From Camelus dromedarius (lineage: Eukaryota), in NCBI RefSeq assembly GCF_036321535.1, contig NC_087437.1, forward strand, positions 5,952,001 through 6,016,000: a stretch of DNA of 64,000 bases. The letters are read 5' to 3'. The notes under the pieces are model-generated. The model saw only the letters and a program-made list of their open reading frames with translations. It made no database searches and was not told where the DNA came from. A program made the position numbers and the translations under genes. Shown piece after piece: positions 10,397-22,570 of this stretch. Every line of letters begins with the position of its first letter. The stretch's first letter is position 1.

Positions 10397-12832
10397 AACA
10401 CATTTTTAGAAAGATGCCATATGAGTACCAAACTGAGGCTCAGTACAGCAAGCAGGCTCACCTCCATGAACATCTGCTTCTCACTTCCTGGGGCCTTAAC
10501 AATACCCTATGGAGAAGGCCCCTCATGCCGCATTCTAGGTCATCACTCAGCCATACTGTTCCAGTCTTTGCTCAGGACTCCTCGGGTCCACATGAGGCCC
10601 CACGGCCACCAGAGCTCAGTGGACCCATGGCAGGGTCCACTCTTGGCCACCCTGCCGCCTCCTCCAAGCAGCCTTCCTGCCCACCCAAACCATAGCGGCG
10701 TGGGCCACCCTCTGGGCTCCGCCACACCAGCTCCTCTAGTGCACTGACAGTAAGCACTGCCACCACCGGACATTAGCACATGCACCTGCTGGATTAACTG
10801 TCGTCCAACGCGCCCCACAGGGTCTTGTTCAGGGCAATACCCCCAGCCCTTAAGAGGGTGGCTGGTGCATTCCAGGTGAACAGTAAGTATGGACTGACTG
10901 AACATACATGGAAAAACACCCTTGCATTTGAAAATACTGCTATTCTAAACCTTTCCCAAAAGTACTTTCAGCAAGGGGCAAAGTCTGGTACCATCACGAG
11001 TCCAGCCTGACTGTTTATTAGAACCTTCACTAAGAATACATGTACACACCGGCTGACAGTCCTCATACAGACCGCACAGGAAAACGGCAGCTTTAATGGG
11101 TTCAGAAAATGTGACTGTAGTTTCTGGCTAACAGAAAGGCCTGCTTCAAAACAAGAAAACAAAATGAATGGGAACAGAATAATAGATATAATTAGAGAGT
11201 GAATGTTTTCAATTTGCTTAAAAGCCTGTTACGATTTGTTCTCTCTTCAATAAAAAAACACAAACTCCACTCATCAAGACATTAATGACAACCAACGGCA
11301 GGAAACAAGAAACACTTTTGTACCCCTTTTCCAGGACTGGAGGTTACCTTTGATTTTATGCTATGTCTTTTAAGGCAGAGCTCTGAGGCCTGAGGGGTGC
11401 CACTGGGGACAGACTTGCCGGCTCCCTGCTGTGTTAGCAGGTGGCAGGGGGATGGGTCCTGGGCCCTGAGCGGAGCTCAGCTGATGGATGCGAGTGAACC
11501 AGCACATCTGTGGGTTCTTGGGTTCAAGGAACTAATGGAGGGGAGGCTCCTCCAGCAAATTAGGTGGCAGAAAAAGAGGAAATCTGCAGAAACAAAAAGT
11601 GATGCACATGTCCATCTGCCCTGACAGTCTCTTCGTCTCCTGTCTGCCTCCTGGACAGTCTGCTGTGGGATGGACAATGAAGCAGAAGGCCTTGGCCAGA
11701 TCGCCTGGTCTCTGCCCCAACCTAGTGGTGGGACTCATGGTCACCAGCAACAAGGATAAAAGGTCTTTAGGGTCATAAGCCACAAGCCAACAGGGCAGTC
11801 AGTGGCTCTGGTGCGGACAGAGGCCCAGAAATATGCAGGAAAAGAGCCAGCAAGGACCTGGCAGGCACTCAGAGGCCCCTCTTCAAACAGCAGACAGACA
11901 TGTAAGACATCCCAGAATCCTGACACCATCCCAGGAGGAGGAGAGACAAGGCAGAGAAGCAGACTGTGGGCTTCTGTCTGAAAAGATGGTTAACTGGTAA
12001 GGGACTGAGCAGCCTTCAACTGGCAAGAGACTGCTGGACTGCTATGTGGGAATGAAACCTTGGAGCACGGTTTCTGCACAGCCACGTTTGGGTGTACAGA
12101 TTTACTCTCCCACCACAGCCCTGGGGCCTGACAAGATCACATTGGCCACACTAGCTGACAATCCCCTGAACCAGGGGGCCCTCGCTGTGTTCTCGTGGAT
12201 GCCTTGCTCCGCTGTGAGCCTCCGGCAAGTCCAGATGCTCAAGAGTGGTGTTAGTGATGCTGGCGGGGCAGCTGGGGAGCACACCGGGAAGACAGATGAC
12301 AGAAGCCTCCTGTCTGTCTGGCTCCAGTGGGACCCACACTCAAGGTTTCTAAAGTCCACTCCCCTCCTGTGCTCTCTCTTGATAAGACCATGAGCCTCCA
12401 CAAGCCAGATCCTCCCCCTTCACTGTCTCTCAGGCCTCAAGAGGTGGCAGAGGGCTGGGGGGGTTCCCCAACTCAACCTCCACCCCCTCCTCACCAATAC
12501 ATCCCAGATGTTACTGTGCGGCCAAGGGCGGTCACATGACTCAGCTGTGACCCGAGAGCTGTAAGGCCAGTCCCTGGGGCGGAGCCTCGTGGGGACTCAG
12601 TCTGTGCCTTTGGGGCCTTGACCCTCCCCACCTGTGCTGCCGGAAATGCTGGCAGGAGCTGGGCCAGTCACCTCGCGAGCAGATTGAAGAGGGTCACTGC
12701 CGAGGGCTGGGGGCACACCACGTGGCTGCCACACCTGCTCACGCTGCCTGCCTCTAGGCTCCTTTGATTTCAGAAAAAAATAACCTCCTGATTTGTTTGT
12801 TCTACTGTTTTGGGAGTTGGTGTGACTAGCAG

Positions 12833-13075
12833 CTGTATTAGTTGCAAAGTGCTACAAACTGGGTGCTTTAAAACAACAGAAGTTTATTCTCAGTTCTGGG
12901 GGCACTGAGTCAGAGCCCGGTGCTGGGGGCTGCGCTCCCTGCAGGCTCTTGGGGAGCTTTCTCTCTTGCCTCCTTCCCAATTCCTCTCAACTTCATCACA
13001 TCTGGGAAGACCCTACTTCCGAATAAGGTCACATTCACAGATTCTGGATAAACACAAATTTGGGGGGAACACCAG
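12833..13075 (-). mobile_element. MaLR LTR (MLT1-like), internally deleted
   Basis: TGTATTAGTT...ACAAACTGGGTGCTTTAAAACAACAGAAGTTTATTCTCAGTTCTGG and AATAAGGTCACATTCACAG...TTGGGGGGAACAC are typical MLT1 segments. Confidence 0.75.
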
Positions 13076-13910
13076 GACAGCAGCCAAACTGCCAAACAGG
13101 CTGAAAATCACCCAGTTTCTCTAATGGAAGGGGACCAAGGCCGAGGGCACCCCCGTGGAGGGAGAAGAGCCCAGGGTCTTAGCGTCATCGGCAGTGCAGT
13201 CTCACCCAACAGTCCTCAGCCTTGATCTTCAGACTGGGTCCAAGATCACCTCTTAGAATACGATGAAAACCAGGGCCTTCTCCCCCCAAAACCCACATGT
13301 ATACATAAAACATTCACTTGCTTTTAAGGATAAACTCTGCTACAGTCAACTAAGTTTACTAGCACACTTGAAGGAATCCAGGGTACAGAAATTCAAATCA
13401 CAACAAAAAGGCATCTTCAGAGGCTACTAAGTGTTTCAGATCAAGAATTTTTATTTTACTAACAAAGTACTGACCATGTAAATCCTCTGCCTAGCTAGTT
13501 CCACTGTAAATTGATTTCCGGTACCAACTAAGAACATTTTCCTAATATATAGCTTCTCAGTAACAAATCCATTGTTTTAAGTTGCATCTTCATGTAAAAA
13601 TAGGAAAACATAATGGTGCCTTTTCATACCTTAAAATATTAAAAGCAGAGAGGTGAACTGTGTTACATTTCCAATGTAATGTACATGCTTCCTTATAGCA
13701 AGAGGCAGAATAAACGACGTTATAAGGTCTCTTTTTTCCCCTGTGTAGCAGGACAATTAAGTTCTTTGTAACCTTCTTCTATTTAAGCATCACGTATTAT
13801 AAATGTTGGGCACTGAAACTGAAGGGAAAAACCTCACAGAACTAACCACTTCTGTGGAAATTACACAAAAATTTCATCAACATAACAATCCCATGGTGAC
13901 TCCACTATTT

Positions 13911-14044
13911 TGTTTTTGTTTTTTTTGGGGGGGAGTGTGATTCAGTTTGTTTGTTTATTTATTTTAATGGAGGTGCTGGGGATTGCACCCAGGGCCCCTT
14001 GCATGCTAAGCACGCGCTCCACCACTGAGCTACACGTTCCCTGC
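13911..14044 (-). mobile_element. tRNA-derived SINE (Vic-1-like)
   Basis: Reverse complement of the SINE body with a C-run/A tail. TSD-like CTCCACTATTT / CTCCACTGTTT. Confidence 0.9.
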
Positions 14045-14779
14045 CTCCACTGTTTTTAATGAAATGTCATTGCCACAAAAATCGGTCTTTAAGGATAATG
14101 GAAATGGCACACAAACTACTTTCCAATTTCCTCAAATTCTTCCTCTCCGCAATGCCAGAGTAAACGCGTTTTCAGCTAAATGGCGGGAACAGAGGTAGGT
14201 AAGTGAGCCTGTCTTCACTAAGAAGGATCAGGAAAGGGGGTACAAGCCGAATGACCGTCTGCCTACAGTGAAGGTGAAACTGGGCAGTCACTGACCCTCC
14301 CTGTGCCTGAGGGCTGATGGCAGACCCTCCTCATAGGATCACTGTGAAGAATAAGTAAACAGCCCAGCACCCAGCCCACCACAGTCGCTCAGCACCCACA
14401 GCTTCCATTTCTGCACAGCCACCTGGCCTCCTCTGACTGTCTCAATGACCATTCTAGATGGGGACCATGCCCTGTCACAGAAGCAGGAGCCAGACTCAGA
14501 AATGCCAGGTCACTATCTGAGGTCTCCCGACCAGACAGTGGGGGAGCGAGGAGCAGATTCCAGCTTGACTGGACCCCTGAACCCTCCCAACATCCACAAT
14601 GATGCCTATGACGCTGATGGGGGTGCTGGAGATGTGAAGGGGCACAGGATGGTGTCCTGGCGCTGACTCCATTGCCTCGAGATGCCAAGCCCTTTATCTG
14701 GTGGCAGAATGACCTAAGTGAGGTCAGCCAGCAAGAGTCACCTTTGCACAAAACAGACTGCCAGTCACTTCCCCTGGAG

Positions 14780-14960
14780 CTTTTCAGAACACTGGCACTA
14801 GCATCACACAGCCTGGACTTTGAGGACCTTGGGCTTAACACTGATGGGTCTGTCATTAAACCCATCAGTAAGATGGAGAAACAGCTGTCTCGGAAGACAG
14901 GTGCGATAATCACGGCGGCCGGTTGCTAGCATACTGCCTCGCTTTGTCTGTCATTGCTTA
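14780..14960 (+). mobile_element. MIR relic
   Basis: GACCTTGGGCTTAAC...CCCATCAGTAAGATGGAG resembles a degenerate MIR core. Confidence 0.45.
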
Positions 14961-15509
14961 GTATGTTTTTTCCTTCTCTAGTTCCTTAAGTACCCAGATT
15001 AGTGGGTTCTTACCCCAGAGATTTCTGAATCTCTGATAGAGATTCAGTTACCCTGACCTCTGACAAATTCATATAAGGGACTGTCCCAGAGGAAATATGC
15101 AGGGGTCAAATGCAGGGTTGCCCCAGGGGCACACACTTGCTGAGAGTGGTAGAGGTTTATGATGTGGCTGTTGGTCAAGGAGGGGGCAGACATGTATTAG
15201 TCACTTATGGCTTTGGCGGGACCATTAGCAGAGGGATTTCTGCCCACAGACTGCGTGCCCCAGCTGTCCTGATCTTGGGAGAAGGCAGGTTTAGGAGAAG
15301 ATGGTGCAGGTCAGATCCACCCTTTAGTACATGGTGTGTATTTCTGAGCGTCCCTGCAAATGCCAGTCCCCGTCCAGAAGGCCCTCCCACTCTCCTTAAT
15401 ACACTGCATTCTCCTTTTTTCCAAAGTCCACCTTAAAACTGTCAGGCATCAAGGCTTCCCTCTGCAAGCATCCGGTTGTTGGACTCCATCCTGATTCAAC
15501 TTACATTGT

Positions 15510-16140
15510 TTAAAAATTTTTTAAATTTTATTTCTTTTATTTTATATTGATTTTTTCCCATCCTTTTTAAAAAATTGAAATATAGGCAGTTATAATGTGT
15601 CAGTTTCTGGTGTACAGCATAATGTCCCAGTCATGCACATATATATATATTTGTTTTCATATTCTTTTTCATTAAAAGTTATTACAAGATACTGAATATA
15701 CTCCCCTGTGCCATACAGAAGAACTTTGTTTTTTATCTATTTTTATACATATTGGTTAACATTTGCAAATCTTAAACTCCTAAATTTGTCCCTTCTCACC
15801 CCCTTTCCCCCAGTAACCCTAAGATTGTTTACTATGTTTGCAAGTCTGTTTCTGTTTTGTAGATGAGTTCATTAGTATCTTCTTTTTTCTTTTTTTTAGA
15901 TCCCACGTGTAAGTGATATATGATACCTGTCTTTCTCTTTCTGACTTCACTTAGAATGACGATCTCCAGGTCCATCCATGTTGCTGCAAATGGCATTATT
16001 TTATTATTTTTTATGGCTGAGTAGTATTCCATTACAGAAATATACCACAGCTTCTTTATCCAGTCCTCTGTTGGTGGACACTTAGGTTGCTTCCGTGTCT
16101 TGGCTGTTGTGAACAGTGCTGCTGTGAACACTGGGTGCCA
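15510..16140 (-). mobile_element. 5'-truncated L1 3' end
   Basis: ORF 15832-16170 has FTAALFTTAKTRKQPKCPPTEDWIKKLWYISVMEYYSAIKNNKIMPFAATWMDLE (L1 ORF2 C-terminus). T-rich tail at ~15510-15570. Confidence 0.92.
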
Positions 16141-16918
16141 TGTATTGTCTTTTACTCTTGCAACTATCACTCAGAGATGAGGCTCAGAGGTGAAAAATTT
16201 CCTGAACCTGCACAGTTCTGCACAGTAAGTCCTGGACTCCAGGTCTTTTGGTTCCAAATGTGGTGTCTGTTCACTGTATTCCTATGAGTTCAGAACCCCA
16301 CCTGTCCCTGCCAGTGTTCCCGAGGTCACTGGTGCTCTGGGGGGGGGCCCTGGTTTGCATCCTGTGAAGCTACGTGTCACTTTAGGGATTTCCGATGAGG
16401 TGTATTCTCTGCTGCGCTCCTTCCCTTCCCTGGAGTTCTGCTCACCTCTTCCATACACACGGAGCTCAACGGTAAAAGCTCTCCTCCACTGCTCCCTATC
16501 AATCAGGTACTTAAGAAACACTGGCTGAATGACCGACGTGAGGCTTTCCTGCCAGCATCAGGGCTGATTTTTATCTCCTGAGGAACGGATGCAGGTGCGC
16601 TGTTTCTGAATGAAGAATTAAGGGACGCCAACATGATTAAGCAGATCCTGGCCTGAGCGGTGGGAGGGGCAGGGGAGGCAGAGACCGTCACTGATGGCCT
16701 GTTAAGCGCCAAGTACTGAGTCAGGTGTTTTGAGCTCAGTATTTTCTTAAAAAGCAAAAAGCAGATCGCACAGAAAACATAATCAAGGGGCCTACTTTGC
16801 ATTCAGCTGCCAGGATGGGTGACGAGCCTAAACGCAGCACTGGGGAGGAGCACGACTCAGGGAAGCCCAAGGGAAGACTAGGCAGGTATGTGCTTTGCAC
16901 TGAAGGTTAGGCTTGGGT

Positions 16919-17124
16919 GGGGTCAGCAGACACACACTACTGTATATAAAACAGACAAACAAGGACCTACAGCGTAGCACAGGGCGCTACATTCAGTATC
17001 CTGTAACGACCTCTGATGGAAGAGAATATGAAGAAGAACATATATGTACGTATAACTGAATCACTTTGCTGCGCACCTGAAACTAACACAACACTGTAAA
17101 TCAACTACACTTCAATAAAAAAAA
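16919..17124 (+). mobile_element. Short L1 3'UTR fragment with A tail
   Basis: Aligns by eye to the L1 tail at 23669-23860 and ends CAACTACACTTCAATAAAAAAAA. Confidence 0.85.
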
Positions 17125-18074
17125 GATTAGTGTTCGGGCCAATAGCTAGTTCTCTAAAGCAAGCTGAGTGTGCTTAGCACAGGGTTCCAAATCTGTACTG
17201 ATCTCAACTGTCTGGCAGATTCTTCTCTTAGGACTGACCACCCTGCCAGCCAGAGGGGGTCATGGAAGCACAGCTTCTCATGGTGAAATCCACCCGATTC
17301 AAGATATGGCTGCCATCTTAGGGTCAACCAGGAACAGGTCTCTAAGCTCCAGTAACGGACAGATGTCTTTGTCAGGATATGTATTTCTAAAAATAAAAGC
17401 AGAAACAGAGCTAGGGCCTTACAAACAGGAAACACCCTGGTGTTTTGCCATCACGCCTTCTCATTTGGGAGCAAGGAGGGAGAAGTTTGGCTCTTTGTCC
17501 AGAGTTACATCGTTTAGTCCAATGAGACCCTTTGAACTGGGTTTCAGATGGATTTTGTGTGTGTGTGAATTTCAGGCCGTAAGGTTTGGTGGGCATGAGG
17601 ACCTGGTGAAAGTTAAGCACCACTCCTCAGCAGTAAACACAGTCCGTGACAGTGAACGTTAGCCTCCTCACCTCAGGCTCTGCCTCCCCAGCCCTGCCTC
17701 CACAAGCCCTTAGGCTCAGCATGAGATGCCTGTGGTGGCCACACAGTCCTTGAGCCTTCAAGCTATTGGCTGTGAGCTGGTTTCTACTGAGATGGGGGAT
17801 GGGGTGGACCAGTCTTTTGCCGCTGGGTCATTAGCTGGAGAGGCTGGGTTTGGAGGAGGTGGAGAGGCAGCCTGGTACTGGATGGCAGAGGACAGGTTAT
17901 GTGTTCAGGTAGACAGTTTAAGAAAGACAAAGGATTTGGGAATTATATTTTAAAAAGAGAAAGAAAGAGAGAAAGATATCCAATTTGGGTTCCTCCTGTG
18001 GAAAAAAGCATGTGGGAAAATGGAGAGGCCATGACATGGAAAATAAAATGATGAAAGAGGTTTGGTCTGTCTTA

Positions 18075-18712
18075 ACCTATGATCCAGCAATCCCACTCCT
18101 GGGCATATATTGGAGGAAATGCTAATTTGAAAAGACACATGCACCCCAATGTTCATAGGAGCACTATTTATAATAGCTAAGACATGGAAGCAACCTAAAT
18201 GTCCATCAACAGATGATTGGATAAAGAAAATGTGATATATTTATACAATGGGATACTACTCAGCCATAAAAAAGAATGAAATAATGCCATTTGCAGTAAC
18301 ATGGAGGAACTAGAGATTATCATACTAAGAGAAGTAAGTTAGAGAAAGACAAATATCACATGATGCCACTTATATGTGGAATCTAAAAAAAAAAAGACAC
18401 AAATGAACTTATTTACAAAACAGAAACAGATTCATAGACATAGAAAACAAACTTATGGTTACCAGTGGGGAAAGAGGGTAGGGAGGGAAAAACTGGGAGC
18501 TTGGGATTTGCAGATAGTAACTGCTACATATAAAACAGAGAAAAAAACAAGGCTCTACTGCATAGCACAGGCAACTGTATTCAATACCTTGTAATAGCCT
18601 ATAATGAAAAAGAATACGAAAAGGAATATATATATACATAAAACCGAATCACTATGCTGTACACCAGAAATTAACATGGCATTGTAAATCAGCTCTACTT
18701 CAATTAAAAAAC
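18075..18712 (+). mobile_element. 5'-truncated L1 3' end
   Basis: TATGATCCAGCAATCCCACTCCTGGGCATATA...GGAAGCAACCTAAATGTCCATCAACAGATGA...CTACTTCAATTAAAAAA. Confidence 0.92.
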
Positions 18713-19084
18713 AACAGGATGGATGGTCTGTACTGAGGCCATGTGATTAGGGATGTGTCACCAGAGCCCAGGAAAGGAGAAGCCAGTGTACAGTCTGCTA
18801 AGTTTTTCTAAATAGGTACAGAGTTGGTGCAAGGAAGATGCTTCCCAGTCTTCTGATAATAAAACCAGGGACCAAATGATTTCCATTAGGAGAGAGCAAG
18901 GCTGAACAGAGGTGAGAACAGCACTGAACTCCAGGGGGCTGAAGGCCGCCTCAGAATGCAGAGGGCTCCGCCCAGAGCCAGCTGCGCATGCGCCCCAAAA
19001 GTGGGGTCACGAATGCGGGAACAGGGTGAGGAACACAGGAACTACATTTTCCCAAAGGACTTTAGGTTCTCCTGCTGCTTGAAG

Positions 19085-19215
19085 TCTGCCATGACCTAGT
19101 ATCACCAGGGCCCCCAGGGGCTAGTAGAGATGATAACATCTCTTTGGGCCCCACCTCTGACCTACTGAATCAGAATCTGCATTTTTAACAAGATCCCCAG
19201 GGGAAGTATGGCTCA
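19085..19215. mobile_element. MER5A-like DNA transposon relic
   Basis: GGGCCCCACCTCTGACCTACTGAATCAGAATCTGCATTTTTAACAAGATCCCCAGG is the hallmark MER5A core. Confidence 0.75.
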
Positions 19216-20987
19216 TTCTTCTCCAGAGGACTTGGCCTCTCACAATTAAATGCGGCATTTAAAATTCTTAAAATAATTACAAAAAGCTTTTATCACAGTG
19301 CGGTTGACAGAGAAAAAGCTGTCTGGTGATCACATTTTCCTTCTCAGTTTTTCAAATGTCATCAGTTAATTGCCTAGTGAACATTTCCACAGACATCTAT
19401 TGAACGTTGTTTTTATAAACATCAGAAAATCAGACTCAAAGTTCTTGCAGAGGCAAATAAACTGATTTTCAAAAATGGCCTCCTCTCACAGTTAATTCTT
19501 GCATAAATATTATGACAAGTACAAGATCAGGAAGGATGTGTGCGATAAAACAGCAGATCTGAAATCCAACCACTGACTGAAGGGTGGCCTCAGCACAAGC
19601 CTCAGGGGAAGAGGAGCCAAGGCCTGGAGTGGGGTCTGGGCTCCTGGCTGTGTGTCTGGATCCTGTAGATACTGTAGCTGTGCGCCACTGACCCTGCTGG
19701 GCCGAGGTCTCTCCACCTGTGAGATGGAGAGCAGCAGCGAGGGCTTGGAGGGCGCCTGCATCCTCACCTGTCTAAGGGCCTGTGGACCACAGTGCTCTCA
19801 GCCCGTTCATGGGAAACCTAATTTCCCCTAATTCACTGCATTTAACCCTCCCACTGTCTGTGTGAACCACCAATGAGAGGGCACGGGGCTGGAAACTCGT
19901 GTAAATACCAAACAGATGAACAGAAACACCTCCCCTGCGAGCAGGCAGGGTGGGCGGCACACTCGGCCCCACTGCTCACAGATCAGAGCCTGCGGGCGGC
20001 GCACCCACGTGCAATTATGTGTGAAGGACAGCAAACCGAACACCTAAAAATAGCCTGACTCAGCTACGAAGGTTCACACTGGCCATGGTTTTCAACTCAA
20101 CTGTCAGGATGACAGGAAGGGGTGTAACTATAGCAACAGACAAATGAACATGTAAAAAAAGTCTTCTGGAGTGGATAGGAAAAATTTAGATTTAATAAAA
20201 CACATACTTTCAATTTCCCGTCTCTAAATCTTTGAGTTCACATGGTTCAATTATGTGGAAGCAATGAAATGAGACCTTTGGTAGAGTTTCAATTAAGCAA
20301 ATACACTTTCAGTTTTGGGTTCCAGAACCAGAGAGAAAATAACTGCTAATCAGTTTTATTATCGCTATAATTGAAGGACCACTGAAACACGTGCTTTTAT
20401 GTAATTTTTACCTGAGATGTTTTTCTCTCTACATGTTCTATAAGTTGTAAAAGTAGCCTTCAATCATACTGGCAGTTTTAAGATATCACTGCATGTCTGA
20501 TGAAACACAGGGTGATATGGAATTCTCTCCAAATGAAAGGAACTTAGTGAAACTAACTAACCTTAGCACAGGGTTCAGAGCAGTAACTCCCAGGATGAGT
20601 GTCTGAGGCAATTCTCAGGGCCCCCGGGGAGCCTCAGCAGAGCTCATGCCAGGGAGTGCAGACACACCGCTCAGTTCTGACAAAGCTGTTCCTGCTCAAA
20701 GAGCTCACACACCCCTTCTAAGGACCCGCACAGCCCAAACTCCAGCATCTTTTTGCATCATCTGATTCAGGAATATTCAAGTTAGGTGTCGGGAAACGTG
20801 TTGCTTCCAGCTCTTCCCCTCACTAGCCTGGGGCCCTAGACAAGTCACTACTCAGCTCTCTGGTCACGGGCTGGATGAGTCTCCCAGGGTCTCCCAGGAG
20901 AAGGGGCAGTTATGAGTTAAGGGGAGAGAGGGAAGGGTTTGTGTTGAACACCCAGCCCATGCTGGGCTTTAAAAATACATCGGTCTT

Positions 20988-21078
20988 AAGAATATGAAAA
21001 TGAATATATGTGTGTATATGCATGACTGTACACCAGAAATTAACACATTGTAACTGACTGTACTTCGATTTAAAAAAA
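20988..21078 (+). mobile_element. ~90 bp L1 3'-terminal insertion
   Basis: L1 tail (TGTACACCAGAAATTAACACATTGTAACTGACTGTACTTC + polyA). 17-bp TSD AAAAATACATC(G/A)GTCTT at 20971-20987 and 21079-21095. Confidence 0.88.
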
Positions 21079-22468
21079 AAAAATACATCAGTCTTGGCAA
21101 CGAACTACAACACAGACACCTGTATTATCATTTTCTATGTGAAGACATGACCACAAGCAGGCTGACCTCAGAAGCGGCAGAGCCTGGTTTCAACCTTGTG
21201 TCTGTCTGATGCCCACTAGGCTGTCTCTCCCTCTCAGGTACCACTGCAGCCGCTCTTAGAGCGGACTCTTGCTTACGGCGCAAAGATCGACCCCCAGGTG
21301 CTGGTTTGAGCACTTGAGCTGTCTACAGATTTTCCAAGCACAGAGGATGAGGTCCCTTGGAAAGTCCCTCCGTAATCTTCCTCTCGCTCAGGCCACCTCT
21401 GTTGGTGGTGATTTTCACGTCAAATATATTCCACTGTGCCACCTGCTTTTTTCACTTGATAGTACATCATGAACAACTCCTTAAGTTAACAATAAAGTAT
21501 TTAAAATTATAAAGATTGCATTACTATATTATAATCCATCACTTAATGAAATTTTTCAGTTGTTCCAATTTTACACCACTTTACCGATCAGGAAAAATGG
21601 AAAAGTTCATATGGAAAAAATATTAGGGTATTAAAGTTACTTTTAAGGGAAGTGTAATAAGTCAAAAAGTAAATCAAGAGGCTCACCTCAATTAATCTTT
21701 GTGTTTTCCTCAAATTTCTGCTGAGAATCAAAACTGCCTACAACACAGGAACACCCTTTAACAAACCAGTGTTATATACACAGAAGAAATAAAATGCACC
21801 TGTAGGCCTTAGGGCGAGAAATTCTTTGTAGCAACCCTCACCCCCACTGTTAAAATGTAGTCACGCTATTTATCTGAGGAAAAGAAGCCGACAGCTATGC
21901 GGAGGGGTTCTGGCTGAAAGTGAAACGGACACCCGAAAACAAATCGAGTTTTGCAGCCAGTTGAAAATTCACAGCTGGTACGGGCTTGTCTTTAACTGTG
22001 GTGTTTCCCCCTTCCGTGCAACGAGAAAATGCTCTTTGAGTGCTGATGGAAAGAACAAAATCAGAACAAAAACTGTTTGAAAACTCTCAGGCTTAAGTAA
22101 AGCTGCTTTAAAAGCCGCTATGTGGACCAAACAACTTGGAAATTTCCTAACAGGATTTTTCCAGCATTTCAGTAAACCTTCTCAGTCACTTTTTGCTACC
22201 CGACTTCAATCAAAACCCAAATCAAGTCATACAAAGGTCAGTCACGTAGCTAGAGAAGCCAAAAATACACACATGTGTGTGCACACATTTAGTTTAAAAT
22301 TAAAATATTTAACTGAAACTAGTATAATACATATTAATTTATATATAAACTATCTCTTTATTATTTCTTATTGAGGCATTTTTAAGTATGATGCTATCAG
22401 ATAAGATTCTTGTAAAATTCTATATGCACTTTTAAACTTGAGCATAAAGAAGCATATAAATAGAGTTT

Positions 22469-22570
22469 ATAAAAATATTATTTATTTTTTAAACGGAGGT
22501 ACTGGGGATTGAACCCAGGACCTCGTGCATGCTAAGCATGTGCTCTACCACTGAGCTATACCCTCCCCTC
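22469..22570 (-). mobile_element. tRNA-derived SINE (Vic-1-like), near consensus
   Basis: Reverse complement GGGGAGGGTATAGCTCAGTGGTAGAGCACATGCTTAGCATGCACGAGGTCCTGGGTTCAATCCCCAGTACCTCC. TSD TAAAT(A/G)GAGTTT. Confidence 0.93.

Noticed and set aside
22495..22570. tRNA gene call for the A-box/B-box sequences here and in the other copies
   Set aside because: Many diverged copies with AT-rich tails and TSDs indicate SINEs, not tRNA genes.
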